Shown here: positions 13,201 to 27,973 of the stretch, piece by piece
Layout: each line of letters opens with the position of its first letter
How positions within the stretch are numbered: the first letter of the stretch is position 1
DNA from: Balanoglossus misakiensis
Taxonomy: Eukaryota > Animalia > Hemichordata
Reading direction: 5' to 3'
Assembly (NCBI GenBank): GCA_040954595.2
Contig: CM082577.2
Span: 7,155,846 to 7,219,845, forward strand
Length of the DNA stretch: 64,000 bases
The notes under the pieces: model-generated
Told to the model about the DNA's origin: nothing
Database searches by the model: none
What the model saw: only the letters and a program-made list of their open reading frames with translations
Made by a program: the position numbers and the translations under genes

Positions 13201-16200
13201 ACTGGCACATACAGCGAATTCTCTCTTACGTGTTATACCATCGTTCAAGATGTTAAATATGAGATATTGGGGTAGACGACACAAAATCTTTTTTACTATA
13301 TTTTTTGATGGAATTCATGTTGCTTTGATACCTGCAAAGAATGTGAACAAGAGAGGTTGGTAGCTAACAATTTTGCTTGAAATCACCTGCGCTTCTTGGC
13401 GGCGTTGATGGAAACACAGTCTCCCAGGAAAGCGAGCGATTCGATCTGCCGTTGCAACCAGATCCTACGACATGATTTATAAAACAGTGTATAGTCTACA
13501 GATGGTCTACGGATTACCATTGTACATATTCAGTTTCGTATAATCCTTTCCTTTGCCTATTGCCTATTAATAAGTAATCCTGTTTTCAACACAACAAAAC
13601 ACATGTTCATACACATGATGCACTGGAAGTGGTGACATATTCTATCTCACCTGTCAAAGAGATAAAGGAAATTTTTAATCGTGGTACATGTTTTATAAGG
13701 CGAATCACCAAAAGCTTATAATAAGCTCCTTTACGTAAGGCAGCTCACGACTGTAGGCGCTTTGATGATAAATATCTTGAGGCTTGATCATGCGTGGTGG
13801 TGGTGGGGGGGTTATTTGTTAGATTGGTTGATTGGTTGGTTGGTTCATTTAGTGAATGAGTGAGTGAGAAAAGAGTAATTTGTTTGATAATATTTTATAC
13901 AGTCTTTTCATTGATTTCGGAGTCAATGCCATGTTTAAACGTGTTGCTACCTGCCAAAGCTATGATGTACTGTGTGAGTGCGCCTGGCGCTGATCATCCA
14001 GATTTTGTATGTGGAGATTATCACAGCGCAGCTGCAACACACCTTTTTCAGTGGTGTATATTCCCCTTAATAATGACAACCAAGGATGCCTTCGTGAATA
14101 GCTCTTGGTCATGATTTATTGGATTCTCACGTTTCTGTAGCGGAACTGCCATTTTTAAAAGGACATATCAGGTACAGATTTTAGTAGTGATGTAGCTTAG
14201 TACATTCCAATGCGTCTTTGAGCTTGGTCGACTTAATTCAAAAGCGCAGAAAACCAACACGCACGTTTACACGTTATTGCAACATGAGGTTGTACATTTA
14301 CACAATGTGAGGATTCAGTTGATGGGTAAGCCTAACAATTGCTAAGGTGATTTTTTTTATTTATCTATTTACTGTTGCTTTCATTAAAAAGTGCTCGGTC
14401 ACGTTTTCTCAATTGATTTCGATGGCAACAGAGGACTAAATACGTATCACTACACATTTCGTCAAGAGCGACGAGATATTTGTGTCGTCACGTATTTAAG
14501 CCACGCTTGAATCATTCACTTCGAATGTTGACGGGAAACGATTCAATTTGAAACGACCAAAGTGTTTCGTTAGCGTTGCAAGAGTGAATAGGGAAGAAAT
14601 GTTTTTTTTTGTCTGTGATGCCGACGGTCGACGACAGCTCGCAGACTGTATGTGGACATCACACCCCTTCAAACAAAATGGAATTACACGAAGCAAACCA
14701 AATCTCGAGCAATGGCTGCGAATATCTTGAGTGAACACTCGCTTCGCCAAGCTATTGGCCATTTCAAGATGAAATGAAGCATGGTTAGATCAGTGTGTAG
14801 TTCTGAGAAAGAGAACGTCGTTACTACTCAAAGTAACTGTTATGTTTTCCTTTGCAAATATAGAGAGAAAAAAACACGAAACCATGACTCTGATAAAACG
14901 TGTCTGGGTTTACTGAAAAATCACGCATTCCGACAGCCAGACGGCAATTTGTAACTGATCCTGAAAGATTCGCAGATAATTGTAACAATTACACCGCGTA
15001 ATGGATGGGCTCTGATTCACATATACACAATTCCTCGCCGACGTGACACAGGAGGTTTGGGGTCCAGATTCACTCCTGGCGATCGTTCGTGACTAAACGG
15101 ATAACCACGGTTTTAGAACACAAGGCGAACCTTGCTTATTGTCACAATACATCACCTTGCTTCGTTAGATGTTAACTTGCAGATGCATGGTATTCAAGAA
15201 AAAAGCGAACAGAATCCTGAATCCCTAAAAATGTACATTTGACTCGCGTCACCTTGGAAGTGACAATGTATGTTGAACTGCACACATGTTGGAGAGATTG
15301 CATACCTCTCTTGAAGTGGTGAGCCAAAAAGGGCGCCCATGCTGTATAACCAGGAAATAAAACATCATCCATAGTGTATCCCGCTGCGTGCAATTATATT
15401 AATACCGACAAGAGAGAATTTATCCAATACAGGTATATGTAATCGGGTCAGATTTTAGTCAATAGAAATTGCTGACAATTTGTGAGTTCACGACACCAGC
15501 TTTCAAGTCGGGCGGAAACATGTATACACGGGGGAGCCAGGGCAGGAACTCTTGACAAGCACGGAACCCGTGCTGTGTTGGAAGCTTTTAAACTTTCAGA
15601 CATCATCAGAATGTGTCCGTTTCCGATTCGTCGCTTTAGAAACGCAACTCTTCTCAAGTGAGACCGTGTTCCGATTGGCACTGGAAAGGTCGCGTGTTCC
15701 GAAAGACTCGATTCCCCATCGGGAGAATTCGTGAAGACGTCATAAAAGATTTACAATTTGTGTTTTGGAACCACGCACAGGTGATGCTGATGGTGATGTA
15801 TATTCCGACAATGCCGCGGAACAATCTTGGGGTGAACATGCATGTATCGCTTAGCTGTATGCTTGGTCCATGAAGAATCATTCAGTTTGTTCAAAAATTT
15901 AAGGAAACATGATTATGATTATGTCAATCAGCCTGCGGTCTTTCATGCATCACACTCTTGCAATTATGATGCTCAGTATATGGTTCCTTGTTGGCTCGAT
16001 AGCGAGTCATTTTGTTTTCCCATCAGATTAATTGAGATTGACAGTTTATGAATCATGTTCAGCGAACGCTGTCAGGGTTTCATTAGTCTTGATTAAATAT
16101 GTCGATCTTCCTGGGGAGGGGAGTCGAAGTTTGTTCTGGTCGGCGTCACTTTCCAATAATCTAGGGACTGCCACTATGTGTGATACGCAAAAGCTTCTTC

Positions 16201-19200
16201 AAGAGGACCTCAAAGCAACTAATCAATGCTGTGGTATGGTACCACCACCACACAAGACTTGAAGTTAACTTCCTAAGGGGTACCGGGAATACATTTGTCT
16301 CCTGTTTTAATCAATCTGTATTAGTTGTCAGATTTAAGAATCAATCAGATTCTTTGGGGAGGGGGAATACACTGATCTATATGCCTGCAAGGAAGCCTTA
16401 CTTTACTGGTTTGTTGGACTTTGACTAATGTATTACCCCTGTGCATATAAAATTGCCCAGTTGTATAAATCTTAATTGAACACCAGTTAATATTTAATCA
16501 AAAAGAAACAAGACTGCATGCGTATATTTCTGGATGTCCTTTTTGACTAGTGCTGCTTTCGGTTTGGCTGAGAACATCAATCCAATGACAAGTGAAACTT
16601 CCTCTCATTGCAGTAGAGATGACGTATCTCAACGTAACCATTTTTGATCAAAAAATGAGTTCACGCATGGAAGGCCCAGCCAATAATGAAATAGAACAGT
16701 ATATACCCGAGAATGGATTGGTCAACGTGTGCTTAGATCTTCGAAAGAAAAAAAGTAGGTTACCTTCAGTGTTCATCTGCGTCAAGACATCGATCTAGCC
16801 AGGGACGGTTTCATTTCCTTGATTAACTCTACCTGAAGATTGTATTTCCCCGGATCACAATTAGTGACGTTAGTCCGTTGTCTAGGTGAAATCTTCCTCG
16901 GGGGCGATTGTGCACTCTGGTGTGACTTTTGCAGAGGGAAACTTTTGACACGGCGAGATATCTTTGTAAGATATCCCGATGCTGGCCACTCTTCCACTTG
17001 AATTTTTTTTCCACCATTTTGGAATTAACTTAACGGCAATGTCAAACGTGGCAGAACTGATTGTATTTGGCAGGGTTTCGCGCGCAGAATTTCACCGTCA
17101 GTGCCTCCCCAGGTTTTCAGCGCTTCTAGATTTCCTCCGTCTCAATTAAAGGAAATTCTGAGAGGTTTCATAGACCGTTTTGAAGAAAAAGCCATAGAGA
17201 TGATGCGGTTCCTTATCACGAGCTTTCAAGACCGATTTATATCGACAGACATAAGAAATCGGTTATCTTGATCATACCACTGACGTAATGGTGCAACACT
17301 GCACCGCACAACCTTGTAGGCTTCTTGAAAAGTATACCTTCCGTGACGAGTCGTTTTGCGCATGCAGAAGCAATCTCTCTTCTTCATGCATATTGCAAGT
17401 CTACGACTGAGGAAGTAAAATCGACCTCGGCACTGCGCAAAAGTAAACACAGTAACATTGTTAAAATTTAAAGAAGTATCCTTTCCCCGCCTGAATGTAA
17501 GTATACACGTACCAGGTGCTACATATAAAGTGAAACTACGTCTATATGATGGAATCTATTTAGCAAGTCCCTTTAAGGGAGCTTTCAGTTACTCTGGCGA
17601 GGGGAGGGGGTCAGAGTATTTTAGTCTTGTATTTTGCAAATGTTATGGGAGTATCATTTTCTAAGCCAGAGATAATAGTTAACAGTGAGAGGATATATGC
17701 CCGCTAAGAACAGGTTTTAGGCCAGAACAAGAGAACCAGTTCTTAAAATATGTAATTTAAACAAATTTCTGCAAAATATATATCAGTGAGCATCAATGAA
17801 TTTCGGCTTCAATTGTCACCTGAAATTTGATCATTGGTAATTGGTTTCTGACAAACTCTTGATGAATGGTTTACTGACAATCTCGCAAAGATCAGGAATT
17901 TATCTTTAAAAAGTACTGTGACCGTTAATCGTGTGCCTCAATGCATTTTTATGACATTATTGATGGCGACGATGCGAAACCAACGAGATGACGCTCCGTC
18001 GCCACTGATGCGCAAAATGTGATGACGAAACGGGACTGGTGATAAAATAACAGCGTACTGTCTGTGTGTCGCTCTCTGCCCACGCACGAATGAACAATTT
18101 TTTTCCGTCTAACATACTTTCATGGCTGTTTTCACAAATTCACAATTCAGAACGTCCTTATCAGTTTAGGCGTACACGCTCACTGCTCATTGTGCCTACA
18201 CGTATGCTTAATTAACAACTTTGCTCTTACCTGTACCGAAAAGGTTTCCCATTTGGGTAATCGCATCGGATCTGCAAATACTGGAAAGGTATTAGGGAAT
18301 TCAGTTTGCTTTCGTCATACACCTCGCATCCAGGTCATCAGTTATACACAGGGTACATCAATTTTACTAGAATTCTGCAACAACGCTGGGACATTGATTT
18401 TGCTGGATTTAAAACTAGTTGGCCGGCAGATACACGTCTGCGGTCAACCATATGTGTATCTAACCACAGATATATCGTATATACTATGGATGATATAGGT
18501 TATTTAGCCTATCACAGATTTTCACTTGGTGACACAGGGAAAGCACATACCGGTATAGCTTACATGCCACATTTGTCAAATTTAGACTGCCACATCCTGA
18601 CCGTCTTAACGGATGCAATTGATTTTTATGGCACTAGTGTCACGAGCAAGATTTAAGATCGGTAGTCTCACACTGGAACTTAATTCCAATTACTAGGGTC
18701 AAATTGATTTAATGATATAAGCAATGAATGCTGATTTTTACAACGCATGCTAGAGAGTTTATTTTACATTGTTTAGCGTCGCGGAGAAGTCTTGCTACCG
18801 AGAATTCACAAATAATAGTAGTCACTTTGGAGGACTATGATTTTTCTGACGATCTTTCCCCGACGAGCATACTTAACTGTACTTGGCTTCCTTTCAAAAT
18901 AAGAGGTGCCCTCACACGACGAATTTCCCTGTTGTGTTCATTTGTAGGTGTATGCGAGTCTAAATGTACTCACTGTAGTAGTTGAATTTGGTAAGATGAG
19001 AATGCATTTTCATGAAGTTGGCCGTAATGTACACTTTGCGATACAAATCACATTTGATAATTAGCTTCTCATCCCTTAGCTCGCGCCAATTGGAATCATT
19101 AAGCTCTTTATATGCATTTCGCAACGTGAAGACAACTTTTTGTATGTACTGACGGAGCATTCTCTTATTCTAAGAGTCACTCATGCAGCATTTTCACGTA

Positions 19201-22200
19201 TTTGATTCTATTCATTAGTTAATCATTGATAGAGTGAATGTGGCTAGTGAAAAGCAGTCAGTCTTTTGTTAGTCTGCGCGTACATTAATGTTGCTGCAAT
19301 AATAAACAAAATTCATCTGTTCTTGCAGCCAGTACTGTAGTGTCGATTTCTTATTTATAAAAAATGGAACAATAATGACTGCTTGACTGTTGCACGGTCA
19401 AGCAGACACCCAGTACATTTGATTTTGAGGTGAACTATCGTCTTATATTCCTCACATACACTGTTAAATCATTTTACCATTATTTTAAGGCCTGTTGGGT
19501 GTTGGGTTGGGTCCATTCTATCAAAAATGCTTGCCTATTTATTAATTAAAAACGTGAATAAAACATGATCATATGGAAAAAGAACGTACAAGTCGTTAAA
19601 CCCATAACAAGGCAATTTCCCTGCTGTTTTAAACTGATTGCTGAGATTATTTAGCAGTTTTAGGTTTACAGAAATGCTTTGCAAAGTAGACACTTGGGAT
19701 TGCTCAGTAAGTGTAGTATTTATGCCAGAAACTGTAATGGAAGGTGTGCACTTAAGCAGAGTTCTGCCAAACCACTACCGTTGCATTATCGAAATGGGGC
19801 AACATTGCATCGTTGAAATATCGTTTAATGGAAACACATGTGCACACTGTGAGAGTTTTATGGTCGACATGGGGACAACTGAAGGGTTTTGGATCTGTGC
19901 CAAGAGGTTACTATTGTTTAATACATGTAGGAAATTGTGTATTTCAATTGTAATTGTTATCACGCTCAGCTTGACTGAACACAGGAGACGCATCTGATTT
20001 CATACAATGACCAAGTCATACAAGATGATGTACTCTTTCGCAGATATGGACCAAGCATACATGTAAAAATCACAGTTGGATAATTATTCTTGCTACCTTA
20101 AAAGGATTTTCTATCTGAGCAGAAATTAGAATATAAAATTGTGTTGCAGAACAAATGACAGAATGTGAATAAAGTTAAATGAGTTCTGTATGTTATCTCA
20201 TGTAACATGCTTGTACCATTTCTTCAAACCTTTAATACAGTGAGATTTCGACCTTTTACCCACAATGCAATTATCATAATGTATTTGACCCCTTAGAATT
20301 AGGCAAAATCATATTTAAGGAAGCGAAAATTGAGGAACACTAAGCTGTTAACATGAGGTGTCCCATTTCTTCAGTAGAGTGTGTTGTATAAATCATTTAT
20401 GGGGCTGCCAATGACCACAACACCACAATCACTGTCACAGATTACAACCGTAAGTACAACTGGAAGTATCTGATAAAAATCCAATCTATATGCAAGCAGA
20501 CAATCCAAGTCTGAAATTGCGCCATTCGGGGAGAATTTAATGATTCCTCCTCATGGCAGATCATAAAACTTTATGGCGTTATTATCATTTGATGACCCAT
20601 TTCGGCAATTGAGTGATACATACTAAGGAGCACAAACGCGCCCCTGTCCTGATAAAGTCACATCAAGTGAGATTGGTTGATTGTGAAATGACGTAACTTG
20701 AAATAAGTACGTGTATGTTCTCCATACTCTCTTTGGTTTCAAATGCACTCGCATCTATTTCTAGATTCTTAAAATGCGTAGGTTTGGCTTTGATGTCAAC
20801 AGTCATTATAGTAAAACTGGACATGAAAATAGAATGTATGTGAAGTGAACAATCGTACAAGGCAGGCCCATGCATGGCCGGCTTGCAGCCGACAAGGACG
20901 CTTCTCCTATTTTGCTCTAAGCATTTTATCCCGCATTCAGCATTTAGGATTTCAGTAAAACATTCACTCACCACCTTGCTTAATTTTAATGCGTACTAAA
21001 TATAATCCGTAGATATGATGAGCATTAGGAAAATTCTGTTCTGGGTTACAGTCAACCAACATACACGTACCGCACCGGTTTACAACTAATGCACATATCC
21101 GCAGGGCAAAATGTGGGTTTGAATGCGATTGACCACAAAGCTGCAAGTGAGCGTCCTTCAGTAAAAATATATATGCAATATAATGATGATCAAATACAGA
21201 CCAACATATTGTTTTCATACATATGATAAATACAGTTACTTACATACACATATGCAGTAACAGTACCGGTTTATGCAGTTATTGTTCAGTCATACCGGTA
21301 CATTACTGTTTACTACAGGTCAGCAAAGACTTGATGTAAAAACTGGCAAGAGCCCCGCAGTGGATGTTCTGCAGAGACAGATACACGCGTCACGAATAAC
21401 ATACCAACGTCACAAAAATGAAATATGAGTTCGAACCCTCCGATATTTTGGCATTTAGTCCCACAAACACTGCAGTAATTTACTTATGCACATTTCTGTG
21501 ATGGGAATAGCGTCAGGAATAACAACCATCACACCTCCGGGGCTGTTAGAGCGCAGGCTTCAGATAATCTGATAATGCATTTTCACGTATGAATGATTAC
21601 GACCCTAAGCCCTATTGTAGCATTAAAAACATATTTACTTGTGTATAAAATCCCTCTATTTATATTTTGTCAGTCAAAGATATATATGCAGTTACAGGGT
21701 GCTTTACAATTCTAAAAAAAAACTGTTTTGAATAGCGCAACCAAAGTCCGAGTGCGGTTTACAATCCATTCAAAACCGCTCCTGCTTAGAGTGGTAAAAA
21801 CACGAGAGGGTGTTGAGTTACTTTTTTCACAGTTCACTGACCTATTTTATATCATGAACTTGAAGTTTTCCATTTACTTCTGCTTTTGGTAAATTGGATT
21901 ATTCCCAATGTGACGTTTGATCAGCAGAAAAATATCCTTCCTAGACTACGAAATAGTTTTAAACAGGGGAAGGATAGACCAGGAAAGGGTTACAGAAAAT
22001 AAGAGTGTTGGTTACAACGGGCACAAGACCAAGTGTGGTGGAAGTTTTGTTTAGTCAAAGATTGAAGCAAATTCAAGGTATTTAGCATATTTGCCAGCAA
22101 TGTTACGTATTTACTGAGTGAATGATATGGACTGTTTCAATATAATTCCATCTTTAATGTCAAATAAAGTTGGACATTCATGGTGACTCGCAGGTCATAT

Positions 22201-24701
22201 TCAGATAAAGCGACAAATTGGTGAGCCTGTCAGATTTGGCCAATAATCAAAACTTACAGCCATTTCTTTAATTTATACTTGGTTCAAACACTGTATAGAA
22301 GTATTCGTTTTAGACCGACTTTCAGCTTTTAATCTTGTGAATGAGAATTCATAGACATGGTAAGAATTCTCTAAACGTTTTACGAGGGGATTAATCGTGA
22401 GCAGTTTTATTATTGCGGTAAGAGTTGTTACTGCCAAGATAAGGCGTACAGTGTAAAATGTAGGTGGTGATGAGCGTATACCGTACATTATAGATCACAA
22501 TCAAGCGCACCACTGCATTCATGTTCACTGTGATTATCGACAATGCAATTGCAACGTGAATCTGAATCTGAACTCCACGAAATTGTTAACGCAACAGCAG
22601 TTTACGTCTTCCGGATGGTATTGCTTTTTCCCCGATGATAGCGACGTTCCGTACATGTTTAATTAAGATATGTTGCTTGGCTTCGTGACTGGATTACAGG
22701 CCATTCAGATAATATAAAGCACTGTTTGTAAGATTGTAGCAGTCATCAGTCACTTGTGCATTTCTTACAGAGATAGAATTACCTGTCTGCTTTTTAAATG
22801 TCTCACATTGAAAAATGGGTCTGCAAATTAAATTTTGTAATATCAGACTTAAATTTGGGAGGGGGGGGGGAGGAGACTTTTTACAAGGAATGATATACTG
22901 AATCATTAAACAAATTAAAGTAGCAGGAAAAAAAGACTCGGACATTTTTAAAATCATAGCAAGGTGTCAAATTTCAGCTAGAACTCTTGCAGTAGATTTA
23001 GAAAAAAATGTTGGTCACTCGAACACTTTTGTTATTTAACAAATTAATGAAAAAGTCGAGCATGCATCACCTGAATTAAAATATTAAATAAATACACTTA
23101 AATTATAGAGGATGCATGATAATAGTATCGTGTGGTTCATAAGCTTCTACTTCCACGTTTTTGGTTGTACATGCACCAAAATTACTCAAATGTTTTCTGA
23201 GAATGTGCTGGCCTTCGAGGCGCCATGACACATTAGCACCCTTATCTGCTAACCTTTCCACACATTAGGCAACATAAATAGTTAACAAACCCTTTTCTAT
23301 CGGGAATAATTGTTGTGAACGACAGGTCAATGAAAAAGGATGCGGACAGCCAATCCGCCTTGCGATTTGTGAAGTTTGCTCATGAAATACATCAATTGAG
23401 CAAGGGGAAGCCAAATTAATTTGCGCAGCCACTGTGGTGACGCGGATTAGTTGATTGATTTTCGAATATGGAAATTCAGACGTATCCCTCGTCGAAAAGA
23501 GAAAGAGTAAGCAACATACATAATGTCATAATAACAGGACTTGACTATTTGTATAGTGCAGACGTTTAGTCTTAAATAAAATATGAAGTACGAAACCTGG
23601 CAAAACTAAGAAAGAATAATAACCTCGAAAAATACACTGTGGTGTCGTGAACCATTGTGAACTTCTGAACGTATTTAAGTAACAACACGGCAGCAAAACT
23701 GCACAAAAACACTTCAACGTGAACAGGAGGTCTTTCCATTTGAAATCAATTGGCTCAGAGTAAGACGCATGCACTTGCTCAACTTAAGCTTCAGCGTAAA
23801 AGTATCTTATCACTTTCCGCGCATCACAAATCGATATTTCACCAGATTCAATTGGGTTTTCAAAAGCAGGATGTTACCTTGGTGGTCAGATAAGGATCTT
23901 CGCGGTGTTATTGAAGACAATGCGTTTTCTATTTGAGGACAATGTTTTTGAAGATTGCACTTTCATCGAGAGTAAACCACCTGGTATAAAATGTATCCGA
24001 TAATCGATTGATGGCCTCCAAAAGCCCAATCATGTAGATGTACTGTGTGGTGCTCATAGTGTGCAGAATGCATACATGCCATTGGGTTAACTTTGGACAA
24101 ATGGCGGTACTTTCTGTGCATGGAAATTTCAGATGGCGTTTCAGTAAATTGAGAGCTATCAAGACTAAAGCTACACTTAGAATATACCGGTACATGTATT
24201 TGAGTGCAGTACAGTTTTGTGTAACACTTAACAATAGACCTTCACGTCAAATTTGTTACATTATATTTGGAGTACTGGCATCTGCACATCTAATATTATA
24301 ACCAGGGTAAGATATTTTGCTTGACAGTACGTGGAGAACTTCTTGGACAAAATAAGATCGTGCCGTGTCTGTAGACTGATCAATACACTGTCATGTGTGC
24401 ATAACGGAACATTTGCACTTTCAATCCAAGTGACACTGGCTTGACTTCTTACTTAAACATGATTGCATCATTATGACTGAGAAGTTACCAGACAGTCCGA
24501 TATCAGTCTCAAGTATTTTATTTGATAGACAGAGACATGGTTTGACATTTTGATTAATTGCAAAGTGTTAGCTGAAATCGATAGTACTTGTTAGTTTCCA
24601 AATTGCCCTAAAAATTTTAAGGTATTTTTCTCTCTTAAACCTGGTCTTTAATGTTGTCTCTGGTATCGTAAATTGTGTGCGCCATTAAAAATGGAAAGAA
24701 T

Positions 24702-24768
24702 CTGCTCCACAGAAAAAGGTCTTTGACTTTTGAAACAAACTGATCCAGAGAAAAAGGTCTTTGACTTT
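24702..24768. repeat. 29-bp direct repeat (2 mismatches, 38-bp period)
   Basis: ctgctccacagaaaaaggtctttgacttt (24702-24730) and ctgatccagagaaaaaggtctttgacttt (24740-24768). Confidence 0.85.
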
Positions 24769-25188
24769 AATAGTACCAGATTGTATGACATCATTAGATT
24801 TTGGATCAATTCAATGGTCATGCGTACATGTATTTGCATAGACAATTAGCCATTCAAGCAAAATTAAATGATATCCAGGAAGAACATTTTACCAAGAAGC
24901 CCATCAGTGCATAGTATCTGATTAATCTTTCTAACTGAAAGAGGTTCCGGTCACGAATAAGAAAATGAGAAGCTCACGACATCGCTGGAAACCAGGAAAC
25001 CAGCCATAACTGCTGAGCAACCGTATACACGAGTATTGGCAGTATCACAATAGATAATTGGAGCATCCTTCAAAGTAATAGACAAGGACACAACAAATGA
25101 AGTTGTTTTATATACAGTGCCAATATGCGTACGTTCTTACATTCATCTATTCATTAGCATAGGTACAAGTCATGTACTTCTTTGGATG

Positions 25189-25231
25189 ACATTCAGCTGG
25201 TAAATTGCATTGTTATTTACCAGGTGAATGT
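25189..25231. repeat. 17-bp inverted repeat, 1 mismatch, 9-nt loop
   Basis: acattcagctggtaaat ... atttaccaggtgaatgt. Confidence 0.75.
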
Positions 25232-27258
25232 AGCCTATTTATAGCCTATGGCAAGCATGCAATTAAGTACTGTTGTAATGACCATATCTCTGCCTTGGGT
25301 TCAACAACAAGCAGAATGAATACACAATAGTGTGCTGGTCAAGATATAAAATGCTTGGTAACTGCCTCTTTCAGAATAATTATATAAATGCAGCAGCTAT
25401 ACTAAATCTTTTTAGGAACTGTGACATGGACATTATAAATCGCTAGTCACAAGTACATGTTGTCAAGTATAATCTTGGATCTCTTCCACTGTTACCATGT
25501 AACTTTTGAGAGAGATTCTGCTGATGGGCTTTTAAAAGATTTGGGTTAAATCCACTAAAATTTCACATGTAAAATGGGCTACCCAAATTTGCATGTACAT
25601 GAACATGGAGCCAATGTCCGATTGTTGATAAGAATAATGCTTGGTGTTTACAAAATTGATGACCACCTGTGGCGTTTAAACTTAAACCGTAATCCATGTG
25701 TCGTGCACATGGTTTTCATCATGAAGCACAAACATAGGGATTTCAAGGCTGCGATTTTCTCCTCAAAGGGTCCTGGATTATCTTTGCCCTGAGCAGTTTC
25801 ATTTAATTGATAAGGTTTCCTGACTTAAGTACCCAGTTGAATTTTGTAGTATTATAATGGTGTACATACTATCCGTGATCTTTGAAATAGGATGCTGTAC
25901 AAGTTCAAGATCAGGAAACACAAGACAATTGAATTAAAAAGGGAAGTCCACATAAAAGCTGTGATTCTTTTTTTTGTAAATACTTACCTTGTGTTTTTCT
26001 GTTTACTGGTGAGTTTTGATATCATGATACTAACTTGATAGAGTGTACACTCCTTATGTGCTTATTATAAGACTGCAGATGACTGTCAAACTGAGATACC
26101 TGAACAAAAAATACATTGATAGTTACATGAATGAACCTGTTTCATGCCAAAAACATATGTTAATTTTAATACCATGCCACTTGATGCAATATTTCAAAAC
26201 AAGCTCAGTTTACCTGTTTTTGCTGCGGGTCATAGACATATAGGTTTTACTGATTTATTTAACTTCCCTCATGGTAGTATTTTCATAATGTCCCTAGAAT
26301 GTGATCTTTGGTTGTAGAAGCGAATAAACGAGCCAAGCTTCGAAAAAAATGCTTTAAAAACAAGGGAACATTTTCCTCATCAATGGTATACCACTAAATG
26401 TGCTTGATATTTGAAAAGGTTTTTGAGAATGCCGTTTCCGACTAGTAATACTCAAGAAAATGCCCATTTTCAACTGTTATATATAGCCAGGGATAACTAA
26501 GGATTTCAGTTGATTGCCATTGCAGCCTTTAAAGGCAATCAAAGGCTTATTGCTGCTGGCCGTAAAAGGGCACTCTGAACCTTGAAAGTTCGGCGTCGCC
26601 AATAATAAACATGCAATTAGCCTATACTGGCGACAGATCAATATACAACCCTCGGAGGGGGTCTCTTCTCACTGACTAAAGAATTGTAATGGAGGGGCAT
26701 GATTAAACTTATCAAAAAGATCGAGAAAGTCGTGTTCTTTTATATTTAATAATGATGAAGTATCGTGTTAATGACAGTCTAATTAAATATCTCGTTTACC
26801 TTATTTATTAATGTGTAACCTTGACCGCCTATGCTAACACTCTTTGTGGACATAACTGCTACCTTTCTAGAGGTTTGTCAAATCTACTGCAGAAAAATCT
26901 ATGCCAAACTTTTACACATACAGCCTATTTGCCATGTTAACTATTCAGAGTGGTTTATTAGCCACACAGCCCTACCACACAGAACTACTTCAGGGTATGT
27001 CAGTGACATTCGACGCCTTGTAGTAATCTTTAATAATATCCTCACGTAAACGCGAGCATAGTTACTTGTTGCGTCCCATCGCGATATCTTCAACAAACAA
27101 CATCATTCACCAATCTTATTTTTCGCGCTTGTGATCAATCTCTAAATCTGACCGTTATGTCTCCTAAGCTGTTGACACACAGTCCCCCAAGTAATGATGA
27201 ACAAGTTTGCACAAGGGATTTCTTCCCATTTTATGTCAATTGACATTTATCAAAATGG

Positions 27259-27300
27259 CACGAAAGTGTGAATGTGAATCTTCACATTCACACTTTCGTG
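27259..27300. repeat. Perfect 20-bp inverted repeat with 2-nt spacer
   Basis: cacgaaagtgtgaatgtgaa-tc-ttcacattcacactttcgtg; arms are exact reverse complements. Confidence 0.95.
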
Positions 27301-27819
27301 AATGACTTATTAGTGTGCCACACAAAAGGCCACTTGCATGATCTCTGAGTGGCCTCAGTGACCCTGTATTTTGTTGACATGATGTCATACAACATTCACT
27401 TTTTTGTTAAAGAAAAAAATCATTTTTTGGGGTAAGTTGGTCTCACGGTGCAAATTTGGCAGCATGGTTGGCTGCAGTAGACTGTAAACTCAAAATGGTA
27501 AACTCATTCTGACAAAATACCAGGTATGTAAGGGTCATGCACATGGTGGTCATGAAAGTGGCCTATTCAACAAACATTCCTAATAGTGTGAGAAGGAAGA
27601 CATGTATTTTGGAGGGTAAATGAGTGAATGCTTTATTTCACCAGATTCTTCAAAAATGAGAAGAAAAGGGGTCTTGTATACTGATACTGATGGGGACATG
27701 ATACTAGATGATGTTACTTTGACACTCGACAATCAAAGCCACTATTACCGATTCTAAGGCACTGATATTGGACAATACGTTGCCGAGAGATGCCAACTTA
27801 ATCTGCCCTGTAACCTCGT

Positions 27820-27973
27820 GTGTTTAAAGAAGTGCAGGTTGTCAACTCTAGTGCTAGGGATGACAGGCGACTGCCTGTGTGCGTGGGCTTGGGCCAGCTC
27901 GTGTCACGCTTACGGCTGTTGCGTGTACTTCTGATCTTTGCAAATGCCGTCAAGCGAAGCCGTACAGGTAAAG
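27820..27973 (+). promoter_or_regulatory. Candidate non-coding exon
   Basis: GC-richer patch after a TTTAAA, ending in donor CAG|GTAAAG (27968-27973). Confidence 0.25.

Noticed and set aside
25189-25231. Possible pre-miRNA hairpin
   Set aside because: Too short for a pre-miRNA and no match to conserved miRNA sequences that I recognise.
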